Shown here: in pieces, positions 47,169 through 61,300 of the stretch | Layout of the letters: each line of letters opens with the position of its first letter | Numbering within the stretch: position 1 is the stretch's first letter | DNA from: [Archangium] primigenium | GTDB taxonomy: Bacteria; Myxococcota; Myxococcia; Myxococcales; Myxococcaceae | DNA: 64,000 nt | Assembly: GCF_016904885.1 (NCBI RefSeq) | Contig: NZ_JADWYI010000001.1 | Coordinates: forward strand, 7,113,224-7,177,223 | Reading direction: 5' to 3' | The notes under the pieces: generated by a model | What the model saw: only the letters and a program-made list of their open reading frames with translations | Database searches by the model: none | What the model was told of the DNA's origin: nothing | Position numbers and translations under genes: made by a program

Positions 47169-49205
47169 TCAGAACGTGAACGGGAAATCGATGGGCTCTC
47201 CCTGAACCTTGTGCTTCGGGAAGTTCCACCCCTTGATGAGCCCCGAGATGCAGGTCGCCATGTAGGTCGACCGGAACTCCCCCGTCTGACAGGACACGTT
47301 CTTCGTCTTGCCATTGGGCTGGATCGTCCAACGCATCACCAGCTTGCCGCTCAAGCCCGGGTCCTTCTTCTTCTGCTCTCCCACGCACTTCACGATGGCG
47401 GGCTTGTTGTTGAGCACCACCTGCATGATGTCCGACTGACCCAGCTTGTCGATCGTCGCGCCGCCTTCACCCGGCTCGGGCGGGATGTAGGCCGTGCGGC
47501 CCTTCGCCGAGGCGCTGCTCGTGGCACTGGCCTTCTTCGTGCCAAAGAGCTCGTCGAACTCGTCATCCGCGTTCCCACCCCCGCTGCTCTTCGCCGCGGG
47601 CTTGGCACGCGCCGTGATCTCCTCGGCATCGTCGTTGCTCGAGCCGCGCGAGGGCGCGGACGCGCCACGGCTCGTGGACGTGCCTCGCTTGGTCCCCGTG
47701 CGGTCCGGAATCTCGGCACGCGCCACCTGCGCGGGCGCCGTCTTGGGCTCCTCCGCGGGCTTCGTCGGCTCGGCGGCGGGCGGAGGCGTCGCCGCGGGAG
47801 GCGTCGCCGCGGGCGTGCCCGCGGCCGCCACGGCGGGAGGCGTCGTCGTGGGCGTGGCGGCGGTGGGAGGAGGCGTCGTCTCCGCCGGGGGCGTCGGCGC
47901 GGCGGCCACCGCCGTGGCCGGGGGCGTCGGAGCCGGCTCGGCGGGCTTCACGGCGGCGGGAGCCTGGGCCTGGGCCACGGGCTGGGGCGCCGCGGGCGGC
48001 TCCGACGGACGGGACGCCAGGAAGAAGCCCACACCCCCCAACATCAACAGGGCCCCGGCGGCGATGCCAATCACCATGCCCGTCTTGCCGCCTTGCTTGG
48101 GCGCCGCCGGGGGCGGGTAGCCCGGGTAGGCCGGAGGCGGTGCGTAGGCCGGAGGCGGCGCGTACTGCTGCGGCATGGGCTGAGGGTAGCCCTGGGGCGC
48201 GGGCGCATAGCCCGGCGCGGGGGCGGGCATGTACGGCGCCGGCGCGGGCGCGTCCGGCAGCAACGGGCTCTTGGTCACGGCCGCGTCGGGGGGCGGCACG
48301 TCCAGCAGGCCCGACGAGGCGGGCACGGCCTTCTCCTCGGCCGCGGCCTTGGCGGCGGGCTTGGACAGGGCCTCGTTCTCCTCCTTCACCAGCGAGGCGA
48401 GCACACTCGCCGCCGAGGGCTTCCAGCCCGAGTCCTGTGCCGAGGGCGCCACGGGGGCCGGGGTCTCGGCCCGAGCGGCGCGCGAGGAGGCGCCCGCGCT
48501 GAACGCGGATTCCACCGGGCCCGAGGACGCGGACGACGACGCCGCCACCGGCGTGGGCTCCACGATGACCGGACGCGTCGGTCGCGGCGCGAGCACCGAG
48601 GCGAGCTCCGTGGCCTCGGAGAGCGGAATCCAGTCGCTGAAGCCCGCGCGCCAGCACAGGCTGTCCGGACCCACCTCGCCCTTCTCCCAGTGGTCCTTCA
48701 CCTTCTCCATGGTGAGCGGGCCCACCTGCTTCTCGTCGATGGCGACGAACCACTCGTGAGAGACGGCGGGCTTGGTGCTGCTCGCCTCGGCCTCGGCGAG
48801 CTTGCGCACCGCATCGCTCGCGTCCGACACCGCGGCGACATCCGCATCGCCCACCTCGCCCGCGGGGAGCTTGTGGGAGCCCGAGTTGAGCACCTGGTCG
48901 AACACGGCGCCAATCTCGTCGTCCTCGACGCCCCCGAAGATGCCTCCTTCGGGAGGCGTCCCCAGGCTCGCCGGAAGACCGAAGCCGTCCTTCTGATCCT
49001 GGGCGCCCGAGGACGAGCCGTTCGAGGCCGAGGCCTCGTGGGCCGACCCCTCATCCTTCGCCGCCGCCGAGCCAGCGGAGCGAACCACAATGTTATGGCC
49101 GCACTTCTTGCAACGAACCTTGACGCCCTTGGCGCCCACCTTGTCGTCGCTAATGGAGTACTGCGCGCGGCAGCTGTCGCAGACGAAACGCATCGTTCCC
49201 CGCAA
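47169..49205 (-). CDS. AgmX-like protein: MJ0042-type zinc ribbon, GYF-like domain, Pro-rich linker, TM helix, TonB-C-like domain
   Basis: N-terminal FVCDSCRAQYSI...VRCKKCGH zinc ribbon; GYF-like WFVAIDEKQVGPLTMEKVKDHWEKGEV; C-terminal region TonB-C-like; directly downstream of the giant TPR gene as agmX is of agmK. Confidence 0.5.
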   Translation of the reverse strand: MRGTMRFVCDSCRAQYSISDDKVGAKGVKVRCKKCGHNIVVRSAGSAAAKDEGSAHEASASNGSSSGAQDQKDGFGLPASLGTPPEGGIFGGVEDDEIGAVFDQVLNSGSHKLPAGEVGDADVAAVSDASDAVRKLAEAEASSTKPAVSHEWFVAIDEKQVGPLTMEKVKDHWEKGEVGPDSLCWRAGFSDWIPLSEATELASVLAPRPTRPVIVEPTPVAASSSASSGPVESAFSAGASSRAARAETPAPVAPSAQDSGWKPSAASVLASLVKEENEALSKPAAKAAAEEKAVPASSGLLDVPPPDAAVTKSPLLPDAPAPAPYMPAPAPGYAPAPQGYPQPMPQQYAPPPAYAPPPAYPGYPPPAAPKQGGKTGMVIGIAAGALLMLGGVGFFLASRPSEPPAAPQPVAQAQAPAAVKPAEPAPTPPATAVAAAPTPPAETTPPPTAATPTTTPPAVAAAGTPAATPPAATPPPAAEPTKPAEEPKTAPAQVARAEIPDRTGTKRGTSTSRGASAPSRGSSNDDAEEITARAKPAAKSSGGGNADDEFDELFGTKKASATSSASAKGRTAYIPPEPGEGGATIDKLGQSDIMQVVLNNKPAIVKCVGEQKKKDPGLSGKLVMRWTIQPNGKTKNVSCQTGEFRSTYMATCISGLIKGWNFPKHKVQGEPIDFPFTF

Positions 49206-49347
49206 GTCTCAGGAATAACGAGAGAAAATCCGTTGGAATCGTAGAGGTGGCGTCCGGGGGGGTCAAGGACACCGCTCTTGCCCGCCCGGTCGCTCTTTCA
49301 ACGCGTGAACTCCGAAGGGGATCTCACGCTCACTGCACATCTCCTGG

Positions 49348-52300
49348 CTACTTCCGCACCTGCACCTCCACATCCGTACCTATCGCGACACGCAGCTCGC
49401 GCAATTCCTCGGAGGTCGCGAAGACGAGCAGTTCCTTGAGCTTCGCCTTGGGCGTCACCCGGAAGGCCGAGCCGGTCTCCTCCAGCACCATGCGCTTGAC
49501 CGGTTCGCACTCGCCCGCGGCCAGGAGGCCCGCGCGCGCCGCCGTCAGCTCCACGTGGTCGAAGTACTGGCGGACATCCGCGGGTGTGGCCACCGGCACG
49601 TAGACGCGTGCCACCTTGGCCAGCGCCGCGCGACCCTGCTCGCTGAAGCCCTTCTCCAGCACGCGCCGCTCGGCGTCCACCCCGCGGGGGTCCACCGTGA
49701 GGCGCAGGTTGGGCACCACCAGGCTGAGCGCCGCCTGGACCACCGCCTCGAGCCGCTCCGGGGCCAGGCGCTGGCTCCACGCCAGTTCCGGGCGTGCGAG
49801 CGCGAACGCGCGGCCCAGCATGTAGTACGCCTCCTTCTGGCCCTGTTCGGCGAAGAAGCGGCCGCCGGCGCGAATGCACGCCGGATGCGTCTGCAGCACC
49901 TCCACGTGGAGCCGGGGGTCTGGCGTCGGCTCGTTGGAGCGCTTGGCCATGTTCTCGCGTCGGGCCACCAGGTGCGGCGAGTACAGCTCCACCGCGTCCA
50001 TTCCGAAGAGCCGCGCCACGTAGCGGTAGTGCTGCACGTGGTACTCCTGCGAGCTCGGCAGATCGATCCGGTGCTTCTTGGGGATGATCTGGTAGTTCGT
50101 GAAGGGCACCGCGTACAGGTGGCCGATCTGCTCGAAGAGCAGGCCCATCAGCTCGGTGAAGGGCCCGCGCAGCCGGGGATGCAGCAGGTGCGACTGCCAC
50201 ATGCGATCCGGCAGTGCCCGCTGGGCCACCTCCTTGAGCTTCGCGTAGGGACCGAGCCGCGAGAGGATCTCCTTCTCGTCCTCCCCCGCCTCGCCGAGCA
50301 GGCCCGACACGGCTTGGGCGGCCATCCACGCGCCGTCGTAGTCCTTGCGCCGCGCGAACAGCCGCACCAACTGGGAGCAGACCTTGTGCGTGTCCGTGGT
50401 GTGCGGCAGGGCCCGGCGCAGCGCCGCGATGGCCTCGTCCTCCTTGCCCGGGGAGGCCGCCGCCAGCTCGGCGTAGGTCTCCTGCACGGAGGCATCATCG
50501 GGCAGGCCCTTGGCGACGAGCCCGTAGGCCGCCACCGCGTTCTCCTGGTTCTTGAGCACCTGGCGGTAGAGGTCACCCAGCGCGCGCCACAGCCCCATGC
50601 GCGCCCCGTGCGTGTCGGGCGTCTTCGGCATGCGCCCGATCATCTTCGCGTAGTTCTCCTCCAGCGCGCGCCACTGGCCCGCACCACCCAGCATCGCCTC
50701 GAGCGCGCTGAAGGCCTCGATGAATCGGTGATCCAGGTCCAGCGCCGTGTTGAAGGCCTCCGCCGCGCCGTCCACGTCCCGCAGCTCGTCCCGACGCAGC
50801 TCGCCGAGCGCGAACCACACCCGCCGGGCCTTGTTCGGCTCGGACGCCAGCGCGGGCAGCCGCAGCATGCGCTGCAGCATGTCCGCGGCCTTCTGGCTCT
50901 GGCGCGTCTCGCGCAGCAGCACATAGAGCGCGTCCAGCACCTCGAGCGACTCCGGAACCAGCTTGAGCGCGCCGGAGTACGCGTCGATCGCCTGGTACGG
51001 GTCCTTGAGCTTCTCGCGCGCGAGCTGACCGAGATCCAGGAGCACCTTCGCCTTGGCCTCGCCCTCCAACACCTGGGCGAGCTGCTGGCGCAGGTCACCC
51101 GCGCGCTCCCACCGGCCCGAGGCATCCATGAGCGTCACCAGTGCGCGCAGGGAGGCCTCGTGGTTGGAGTCCACCGAGAGCGCCTTCTCGAAGTGGTTCT
51201 GCGCGCGGTCCGTCTGGTTCAGCTTGGCGTGGATGTCACCCAGCTGCCAGTAGACCTCCACCACCTCCATGTCGGTGAGCTCCTCGCGGTGGTGGATGAG
51301 GATCGTCTGGAAGATGCGCAGCGCGTCCTCGTAGCGCTTGGCGTGCTGCACGAGCAGGTGGCCGTAGCCCTCGAGCACCGGCAGGTAGGTCGCGTCGAGA
51401 TCGTAGGCCTTCTTGTACGAATCGAGCGCCTTGCCGCGGTTGCCCAGCTTGTCCGCCACGTAGCCCAGGCGGTAGAGCTGACGGCACAGCTCCGCGGCCA
51501 GCGCCGTGTCCTTCTCCGCGATGGCGCGCTCGGCCATGCGGCGCACCACGATGTCGAGCATGCGCTCGCACGCGAGCCAGTCCTCGCGCGCGCTGTAGAC
51601 CTCCGACAAGGGCTGGGCGGCCTCCAGGCTGTCCGGGGCGTAGCGCAGCGTCTCCTCGTAGTAGTGCGTGGCCGTCTCGGGGTCGCCCTTGGTCTCGGCG
51701 TTGTAGCGCGCCACCTCGAGCAGGGCCTTGGCCTTGGCCTCGGCGTCCTCGGTCTGCTGCGCCTCCTGCAAGAGGGTCTGCTCGTAGCCGCCCCAGTCCT
51801 TCTCCTGCTCCTGGATGCCCTTGAGGGCCCGGATGCTGGCCAGGTGGCCCGGGTCGATCGCGATGGCGCTCTGGTAGGCCGTACGCGCGCTGCCCGAGTC
51901 CATCAGCATGTCCTCGTGCATGCGGCCCATGCGGTAGTACAGCTCCACCGCCTCGGGGGTGTGCCCCGCGAGCTGCGCCTCCTGCTGTAGGACGTCCAGC
52001 GCGTAGGGCCAGTTGCCGCTGCGCTCGTAGAGGTTGCCCAGCGCGTGCAGCGCGGGACGGCAGCCCGGATCCATGCTCAGCGCGTAGTGGTACGTGTTGA
52101 CCGCCCGGTCCACCTGCTTGAGCTGCTGGTGGTAGACGTTGCCGATCTCCACGTACAGCTCGGCCTGCTCCTGCGTGGACGTGGCCAGCTGGAGCTGCCG
52201 CTCGTAGGCGACCACCAGGTCCTCCCACCGGCCCTGGTCCCGACGCAGGCGGATGAGGGTCTTGATGGCCTGGAGGTTCTGCGGGTCGATGGCGAGCACG

Positions 52301-55300
52301 CCCTCGATGAAGGCGTCCGCGTTGGCCGGGTTCTGGTAGGTGTCCTCCCAGATGCTCGCCGAGCGGAACAGCACCCGCACGCGCTCGCGGTAGTCGGTGA
52401 TGACCTCGAGCATGCGCTCGTAGATGGCCAGCAACTCCGCCGGTTGATCCAACCGCGTGTGCAGCCGCTCCAACGACTCCAGGGCCTGGAGGTTGTAGGG
52501 CTCGAACTCGAGCGCCTGCCGGTAGGCGGCCACCGCGGGCTCGTCGTCTCCGATGTCGCGCTCGTAGACGCTCGCGACGTCGAGCTGGATGCGGGCCCGC
52601 TCCTCGACGGTGGCCGCCAGGTCGCGCGCGCGCATCAGCGTGGAGGCCACGTCCTTCCAGGCCTTCTGGCGACGGTAGAGCGCGGTGAGCACGCCCAACG
52701 TCTCCGCGTCCGGCTCCAAATCCAGGGCCCGCAGCAGCGCGCTCGCGGACTCGTCGGGGTCACCCTGCTCGTCATGGACGCGGGCGATCTCCCGGAGGAT
52801 GGACTTGCGCGTCTCGATGGAGTCCGCGGCCTCGATCTTCTGCTCGAGGGCCACCACGTACTCGCGCGAACGGCCCCGGCGCTGGAACATCCCCGCCAGG
52901 CCATCGAGCGCGGTGACGTTCGTCGGATCGAACTCCAGGATCTTCCGCAGCGAGGACTCCGCCGCCTGGGCATCGTCCAGCTTCAGGTCGTGGACGCGCG
53001 CCAGCGTGGCGTACATGCGCTCGGCCAGGGGACCTCGCGGCAGGGCATCCGCCACCTCCTCGTAGACGGCGGCCAGCTCCTCGTGGGAGCCCGTCTCGTC
53101 GGCGAGTCGCTCCACCTCCTCGCGCAGCGTGTCGTCCGAGGCGTCGAGCTGCAGCGCCCGGCAGAGCGCCAGGAAGGCCACGTCCTTCTGGCCCAGGCGC
53201 TCTTCCTGCACGCGCGCCAGTTCCTTGAGGGTGGCCAGCTTCTCCTCTTCCGTGACGAGGTGCGGCAGGTAGCGGTCCACCACCTGCGCGTAGGCCCGCC
53301 AGTCGTTGTTCGTCCGGTAGAGCTCGCACACGCGCCCGTACGCGTCCCGGTGGGCGGGGTCCAGCTCCAGCACCTTCTCCAGCGCGCCCGCGGCGAGCTC
53401 CGGCTTGTTGCCCGCGCCCGACCACAGGTCCGCCACGGCGAACCACGTGGCCACCGCCAGGTCGCGCTCCTCGGCCTGCAGGTGCACCTGCACCTTGAGC
53501 TCGAGCGCGCGGACGGCGTCGTTGTAGGCCCGCAGGGACACGAAGAGCGCGTGGACCCGCTCCAGGTCCGCCACCGCGTGGGGCTCCACTTCCAGCGCGC
53601 GGCGGGCCGCGTCCAGCGCCTCCTCGCGGCGACCCACGCCGGAGAGCACCTCGGCCAGACGCAGGCGCAGCGCCTTCACGCCCTCGGCCGACTCCTGCAA
53701 CGGCACGAGCCGCCGCAGGATGCCCACCAGCTCCTCGGCGGGCCCCGTCTCCTCGTACAGCTCGCGCAGCGTGTCCAGCACGCCCCGGTGGCGGGGATCG
53801 CGCTCGAGCGCCGCCTTGAGGTGGCCCACCGCCGTCTCGGGCTGCTTGAGCAGGCGGTAGAGCACCTGGCCCAGGCGCTCGTTGAGCCGCACGACCTCGC
53901 GCGGGTCCAACGTCTGCGCCAGCCGCTCCGCCAGGAGCGTCCGCAGCTCCTCGTGCCGCCCCGCCCGCTCGTACAAGGCCTCCAGCGAGGTGAACGCCTG
54001 CTCGTTGCGCGCGTTCTTCGCCAGCAGCTCGCGGTACAGGTCGATGGCGCCGTCCAGTTGGCCCAGCCCCTCGGAGGACACCTGCGCCATGCGCATGAGG
54101 ACGCGCTCGCGCTCCGGGCCCGTGACGCGCTCGGACTGCAGCTTCAGGATGTTGTACAGCTTGTCCTGGGCTCCGGCCGCGTCATAGAGGCCCTCGAGCA
54201 GCCGCGCCGACGCGAGGTGCGAGGCGTCCAGCGCCAGCACCTGCTCGAAGGCGGACGCCGCGCGGTCCATGCTCTGGAGCTTCTCCTGGGCGAGCTGCCC
54301 CAGGCGGAAGAGGAAGCCCACCTTGTCGGCGGTCTGCTCCGCCGTGGCGGCGAGCGCCTCCAGCACTGGCGCCAGCTCCTCCCAGGCCTCCAGCGTGATG
54401 TACAGCCGGTCCAGCGCCACCAGCGACCGGGTCTGCGACGAGGGGTCCAGCGTGCGCGCGCGCTCGTAGTAGATGATGGCGCGCTCGGGCTCGCGCAGGC
54501 GCGACTCGAAGAGATAGCCCAGCTTGAGGCACATCTCCGCCGCGTCGCGCACCTCGGCCACGCGCGGCAAGGCCTCCTCGTAGGCCACGACCAGCTCGTC
54601 GTAGGAGCCCGCCGCGTCCGTGGCGTTCTCCAGGCGCGCGCGCAGCTCGCGGTCGTTCGGGTCCTCCTTGAAGGAGCGGAAGAGCGCGAGGAAGGTGAGC
54701 TCCGGCTCCCCCTGGCTCTCGCGCAGCGTGGCCAGCTCGCCGAGCAGCGTCTTGCGCTCGTGCGCGTCCGGGGACACGCCGACGCGCGTCTCGATGAGCG
54801 AGGCGAGCCGCGCCACGTCCCCGCTCGCCCGGAAGGCGCGCAGCAGCGTCTCCACCGCGAGCAGGTTCTGCGGCTCGCGCTGCACCAGCGCCTCCAGGCG
54901 GCCCACCGTGTCGGCGTGGTTGGGCTGCACGGAGAGCACCGCGCCGTAGAGCGCCAGCGCGCCCGCCTTGTCGAGCAGCTTCGTCTCGCGCACCACCGCG
55001 AGGCGGAACTTCAGCTCCAGGCCCTCCTCCGGCGTCACCAGCGCGATGCGGCGGGCAAGCACGTCCGCCAGCTCCGGCCAGCGCTCCAGCTTCTGGCACA
55101 GGCCGTCCATCCGGGTGAGCGCCGCGGCGTCATCCGGCTTCACGTCCAGCAGGCGCCGCAGGGTGGCCAACGCGCCCAGGCCATCCTGGAGCTCCGCCTC
55201 CTGCAGCACGGCGATCTGCAGCAGCACCGAGGCCCGGCGCGCCGGCTCCTCGGCGCTCGCGAGCTGACGGCGCAGCACCTCCAGCAGTTCCTGGGGCGTG

Positions 55301-58300
55301 CCCTGCTCGGACACCAGGCGCACCACGCTGTCGAGCGCCTCGGTGTCCGTGGGGCTGAGCGTCAGCACCTTGCGCCACGAGGCCAGGGACTCGTCGTCCT
55401 CACCCAGGCGCGCCTGCAGCCGGGCCAGCGCGCGGTACAGCTCGGCGCGCGCCGCGTCTCCCGCGCGAGGCGCGATCTCGGAGAGCACCGCCGCGAACTC
55501 CTCCGCGGCCCCCGCCTTGTCCATGAGCTGGAGGCACAACTCCAGCGTGCGCGCGTCGTCCGGCATCTCGCGCAGGGAGCGGGTGGCCGACAGGAAGGCC
55601 ATCTCCGCGTTCTCCAGCGGTCCCGCGTACATCTCCGCGATGCGGCGCAGCAGCACCGAGCGCTCCTGCGGCACGGGCTCGGCGGAGACGCGCGACTCCA
55701 ACATCTGCACCTGCTTGAGGTGGTCACCCACCGCCGCGAACACCGGCTCGAGCGCCACGGCGGCCTGACCGCGCAGCGGGCTGTCCGAGCGCGCCATCTC
55801 CTCCAGGGCCCCCACCGCTCCGGCGTGGCCCGCCCGGCGGCGCAGCACGTCCTGGTACAGCTCCAGCGCGCCGCGCGGATCGTCCAGGCGGCTGAACTTG
55901 AGCCGACCCAGGCGCACGCGCAGATCACTCCCCTCCTCGAGGGCGTTGCGCGCGTCGGTCAGCTGGATCTCCCGCTCGATGTGCTGGGCGAGCTCCGGCC
56001 AGCGCTCCATCTGCGTCAGCACGCGGCCGAGCAGCTTGAGGGCATTGGCGTCCTCGGGGCGGCGCTCCAGCACGTCGCGGTACGTCTGCGCCGCGAGCGC
56101 CTTGTCGGAGAGCGTCTCCTCGGCCAGGTGCGCCAGCTCGAAGAGCAGGTTCACCTGCGCGGGCAGCGACGGCTCCGCCGCCACCTGCCGGCGCATCACC
56201 AGCGCCAGCTCCCGGTGCGCGCCCGTGCGGCGATGCACACGCGAGATGGACTCCAACACCTGCTTGTTCTTCGGGTCGCGACGACTGACCTCCTCCAGCG
56301 CGCGCACCGCCAGGTCGTAGCGCTTGAGCCGCCCGTCGTAGATGGCCGCGAGCCGCCGCCACAGGTCTCCCGCCAGGGGCTCGGTGCTGCCCCGGTCGAG
56401 CTGATCCTCGTAGGCCGCCGCGACTTCCTCGAACGAGCCCGAGTCGGCCGCGAGCCGCTCCAGGTCATCGCACACGCCCTCGCCCTGCGGCGCCTCGTTG
56501 AAGGCGCGCAGCCGCGCGGCGAAGGCGAGCGACGTCTGGCCCAGGGCCTCGCGCAGGGTGGCGATCTCCTGCACCCGCTCCAGGCGCAGCGCCGGCTGCG
56601 TGCCTGGCAGGAGGATCTCCAGCACCTCCACCAGCTTGCGCGTGTCGTTGAGGCCCCGGTGGACGGGCTCCAGCAGACGGGCCGCCTCCACGCGCTGGGC
56701 ATCGAGCTGGAGCATGCGCTCCAGTCCGGCGACGGCCTGCGGGTCGCCCGGGGCCAGGCCCATCAGGGCGCGGTAGGCGCTCAGGGCCTCGGCGTGACTG
56801 CCCTCCTTCTCCAGCAACTGGGCCCGGCGCAGGATGAAGCCCCGGCGCGCCTCGTTGTCCGTGGCCAGCTCCGCGAGCTGATCCAACACGTCCGCCTGCT
56901 CCAGCGGCCGCTTCGTCCGGGAGAACAGCTTGTCCAGCGCGAGCAGGCCGTCCTCGGCCTTGCGGATGGCCAGCGCCGAGCGCCACGTCTCGATGGCCTT
57001 GGCGTCATCGCCCGCGGCGGCATGGGCCTCGCCCGCCTTCACCAGCAGGGCGCGCCGCTCCTCGGGCGCCGTGGCCAGCGCCGACTGGGCGGCGTAGACC
57101 TCCGACAGGCTCTTGGCGTTCTGGCCGCGCTCGTACAGCCGCGAGAGCATCTCGAGCGCCTGACGATCCTGGGGCGCATCCTCGAGGACGCGCTTCCAGA
57201 CACTCGTGGCCTCCTCCGTCTGGCCCATCTGCTCGCGCAGCTCGGCGGCGCGCCGCAGCAGGTTGAGCGCCGTCGAGTCGCCCCGAGGCAGGTCCAACCC
57301 GGCCTCCTCGTACAGCTCGGCCAACATCTCGTGCGAGCCCGTCTCGCGCGCCAGCCGCTCCAGCTCCGGCTGGAGCTTCTCGCGCTCCACGCCCTGCGAG
57401 AAGGCCTTCACCGCCGCCATGAAGGCGAGCGACGGCTGGTGCATGTCCTGCTCGTAGATGCGGCGGATGTCCGCGGTGAGCTGTGCCTTCTCGGCGATGA
57501 GCGCGGACTCCAGACGCGTCTCCCGCAGCGCCACGCGCCGGGCATGGTCGCCCAGCCGCGCGAGCACGGGATCCAGCACCTCCAGCGCGCCCACGCTCAT
57601 GGGCACCGCCGCCCTCACCCACTCCTCGAGCGCCGCGCGGGCACCCGGGTGGCCGGGATCCTCCGCGAGGATGCCCTGGTAGAGCTGGAGCGAGGCGTTC
57701 GGGTCACCCAGCGACGAGCGCAAGAGCTCCGCCAAGCGGAAGGAGACCTCGCGGCCCTGGGGGCTCTGCCCTTCCTGCGTGCGGCGCAGGCCGAGCGCCC
57801 AGGCCAGATCCTTGGGACGGCCCAGCTCGGTGTAGAGCCGGTCCAGGGCGACGGCGGCCTCGCGCTGGAGCGGATCCCGCTCGGCGATGGCGCGCCAGGC
57901 ATTGGCGGCGCTCTCCGAGTCGGACAGCTTGGACTCGTGCAGCAGGGCGGCCTCGCGCAGGTGCGCGAGTTGCTCGGACGGCTCGGACGCGGCGGCGGCG
58001 AGCTTCTCGAGCACCTCGGCGAGCGCGGCCCACTCCTCGCCCGCGCGGTGCAGGCGCTGCAAGGCGCGCAGGCAGTCGAGGCTGCCCGGCTCGAGCAGCA
58101 GCAGGGCCCGGAGCGACTTCAGGGCCGCGGCGCGATCATCGAGCTTCTTCTCCTGGACCTCGGCCAGCTCGCGCAGCAGACCCACGCGGATGGTGTCCGA
58201 GTCCCCTTCCTCGGACAGCTCGATGAGGATCTCCGCGTAGGAGTCCAGCGAGTCGGCGTCCTCGGCCGCCTGACGCGCGGCGGCGCGCAGCGCGGCGTCT

Positions 58301-61300
58301 CCCGGAGCCAGGCGCAGGGCGCGCGCCAACGAGGCGAAGGCCAGCTCGGGCTGGCGCAGCTGGGTCAGGTACACCTGCGCGGTCTGGCGCAGCGCCAGCA
58401 CACGCGCGGAGTCGTCACGCGCCACCTCGGCGAGCACGTCCAGCGCGGTGACGAGCTTGCGGTGATCCTTGGTGGCCTCGTACGCGGGGATGAGCGCACG
58501 GGCGGCTTCCTCCCGCGCGGCCCCGGTACCCAGCATGCCCTCCAGCTCGGCACGCGCCTCCACGTCCGAGGGGCGCTGCCGGAGGATGTCCGAGAAGCGG
58601 CGCACCACGTCCGTACGGTCTCCCGTGGAGTCCTGGAGCACCTGCGAGCGCTTGAGCGTCAGGCGCGCCACGCGGTCGAGATCGCCCGCGTCCTCCGCGA
58701 GCGCGATCTGCCGCGCGAGCACCTCGCCCCACTCGGGCCTGCGGTCCGCCTTCTCGTACAGCTCGGCGAGCAGGGGCAGGTGGCGCACCTCGTCCGCGCC
58801 GGACTGGATGGCCGTCTGCAACGCCTCGGCGGCCTGCAGCGGGCGGCCGAGGCCCGCGTTGAGATCCACCAACTGCATCAGCAGGTCGATCTTCTCCGCG
58901 CGCGTGGCCGTGAGGATGCGCTTGCGCAGCAGGGCGTCCGCCTCCGCCGCGCGACCCGCCTTGCCATACAGGGCGATGAGCCGACCGAGCACCTCGGACG
59001 ACTCGGGCACGCGCTGCAGCGCCGCCTCCAGCGCGCCAATCGCCTCCGGGAGGGCCTTGGACTCCTCGGCCAGCTTCGCCGTCTCGGACAGCAGTTGCAC
59101 GGCGAGCGCCGGGGCTTCCGTCTCGCCAGCCAGGGTGCGCAGCACGCGCACCAGCTCGGCGTGCACGGACAGCTCATGGGCCAGCCGCGCCAGCTCCACG
59201 CGGTTCACCTCGTCCGTGGGCAGCTCCCGCAGGGCCCGGACGCGCAGGTCGAACGCCGAGCGGCCATCGACGAGCTGCTTCTCCTGGAGGTTGGCGATCT
59301 GCGCGAACAGGCGCTGGCGCGCCACCGGCTCGGAGGTGACCTCGAGCTGCTGCAGCAGCGCGGCGGCTTGACGCTGGGGGTCTCCCTGCCGGCCGTAATA
59401 CCGGGCGAGCGCCTCGGCGATCTCCGCCGTGCGCACCTTGGCCGCCATGAGCCGCTCGAGTCCTCCGAGCACCACGCCCGTGGACACGTTGTCGGCGAGC
59501 AGCTGGAGGAAGAGGGTCGCGGCCTCATCGGAACGGTTCAGGCGCTCGGCGAAGAGCCGCGCCTGACGCGCCGCCCAGTCGCTGCGCTCCACCTGCGTCT
59601 CCGCCAGCTTGGAGAGCCGGCCCGCGAGCTCCGCGGCCTCCTCCACCTTCGACACCGCCGCGCACACCGCCTGCAGTCGCCGCAGGCTGGAGGGATCATC
59701 CGGCGCGAACTTCACCAGGTCGCGCACCATGGATTCCAGCTCCGCGGGCGTCGCGCCCTCGGCCTCGCGCCGCACGATCTCGGCCTCCAGGCGCGCCTTG
59801 GGATCCGCCGAGAGGGCCGCGGCGGCGCGCAGCGTGCGCACCGCCTCCTGGGCCGCGCTGTCACCCGGGGCGCGCGCGAGCACTTCCTTCCAAGCGGCCT
59901 CGGCGCCCGCGGGATCCGCCAGGGGTCCTTGCAGCAGCTGGGCGAGGTGCCGCCAGAGCGGGATGGCCGCCTCGGGAGGCAGCGCCACCAGGGCCGCCCG
60001 CCGCAGCGCCGTCGCCAGCGCGGGCTCCGCCTTCGCCTTGCTGGCGTTCTCCATCACCGACTCGAGCAGCAGCGGACGGGTGGGCTCCAGCGCCAGGGCG
60101 CGCGCGAGCACCTCGAAGGCCCCCTGCGCGTTGTCCGCCTCCTCGTACAACGAGGCCAGCGTCTCGCACAGCGCCACGCGCTCGGCGCGCGAGCGCGGCG
60201 CGAGCATCGCCAGATCCAGCAGCGGCTCGAGCGTGGAGAGCTCTTCCTGTTCCGCCAGCAGCCGGGCCAGCAGGAAGGCCGCCTGGGCGTTGAAGGGCTC
60301 CAGCTTGAGCACCGTCTCCAGGTGGGCGCGCATGGCGGGCCCGTTGCGCAGTTGCAGGCAGAGGTCCGCCAGCCGCAGACGCAAGGACACCTGCGTGGTC
60401 CGGTCCTTCACCGAGCCCAGGGAGCGCTCCAGCATGACGAGCGCGTCCTCGGCGCGATCCTGCTCCAGGAGCAACTCCGCGCCGAGGCTCGCCACGTCCG
60501 CGCGCGACGGATCCACGCTCGTGGCCTTCTCGAAGGCGGCGAGCGCACCGGCGGGATCGTTGAGCCGCGTCAGGCGCAGGGTGCCCAGCCGCAGCCACAA
60601 CTCCGCCTGGGCGGTCCGCTCACGCGCCTCGCCCGCCAATCCCTCCAGCCACTCCTGGGCGGGACCGAAGTCGCCCTTGCGCTCGGCGAGCCGCTCGATG
60701 AGGTTGAGGGCATCGGGCATTCCCGGCCACAGCAGGAAGCAGCGCTCGAGCGCCTCCTCCACCTTCTCCATCGAGTCCGGCTCGAACCACGCGTGCAGCT
60801 TGGCCACCAGCAAGGACAGGCGCGCCGCGCTCTTGCGATCCCGCTCCTCGAGCGACATGCCACGCAGCGTGCGGGCCCGGTCACGCCACGATTGCTCGAA
60901 GCGCTGCAGCGTCTGGGTGACCTTCTCCGCCCGCGCGTTGGTCGGCTCGAGCTGCCGCAGCACGGCGAGCGCGCGCTCGGCGAGCGCGTGCTCGGTGGGA
61001 TCCTCCACCAGGCGCTCGCAGAACGCGGCGTACTCCTCCGCCATCCCGTCGCCCCCGAGCGTGGTGCGCTCGCGCTCGAGCAGCTCGAAGATGGGCTGGA
61101 AGCGCTCCTCCACGAGGAGCAGCTGACGGGCCCGCTTGAAGGTGGCCCGATCCGGGCTCGCGCGCACCGCGCGCTGCAGGCACAGCACGGCACGATCCCG
61201 CCGGAAGAGCTTCTGCTCGTGCAGCGTCGCCGCCTGCTGGAAGAAGGCCGACGCCTCCTCGCCCTGGCTCAGCGCGCCCAGCCGCTCCAACACGTCGACG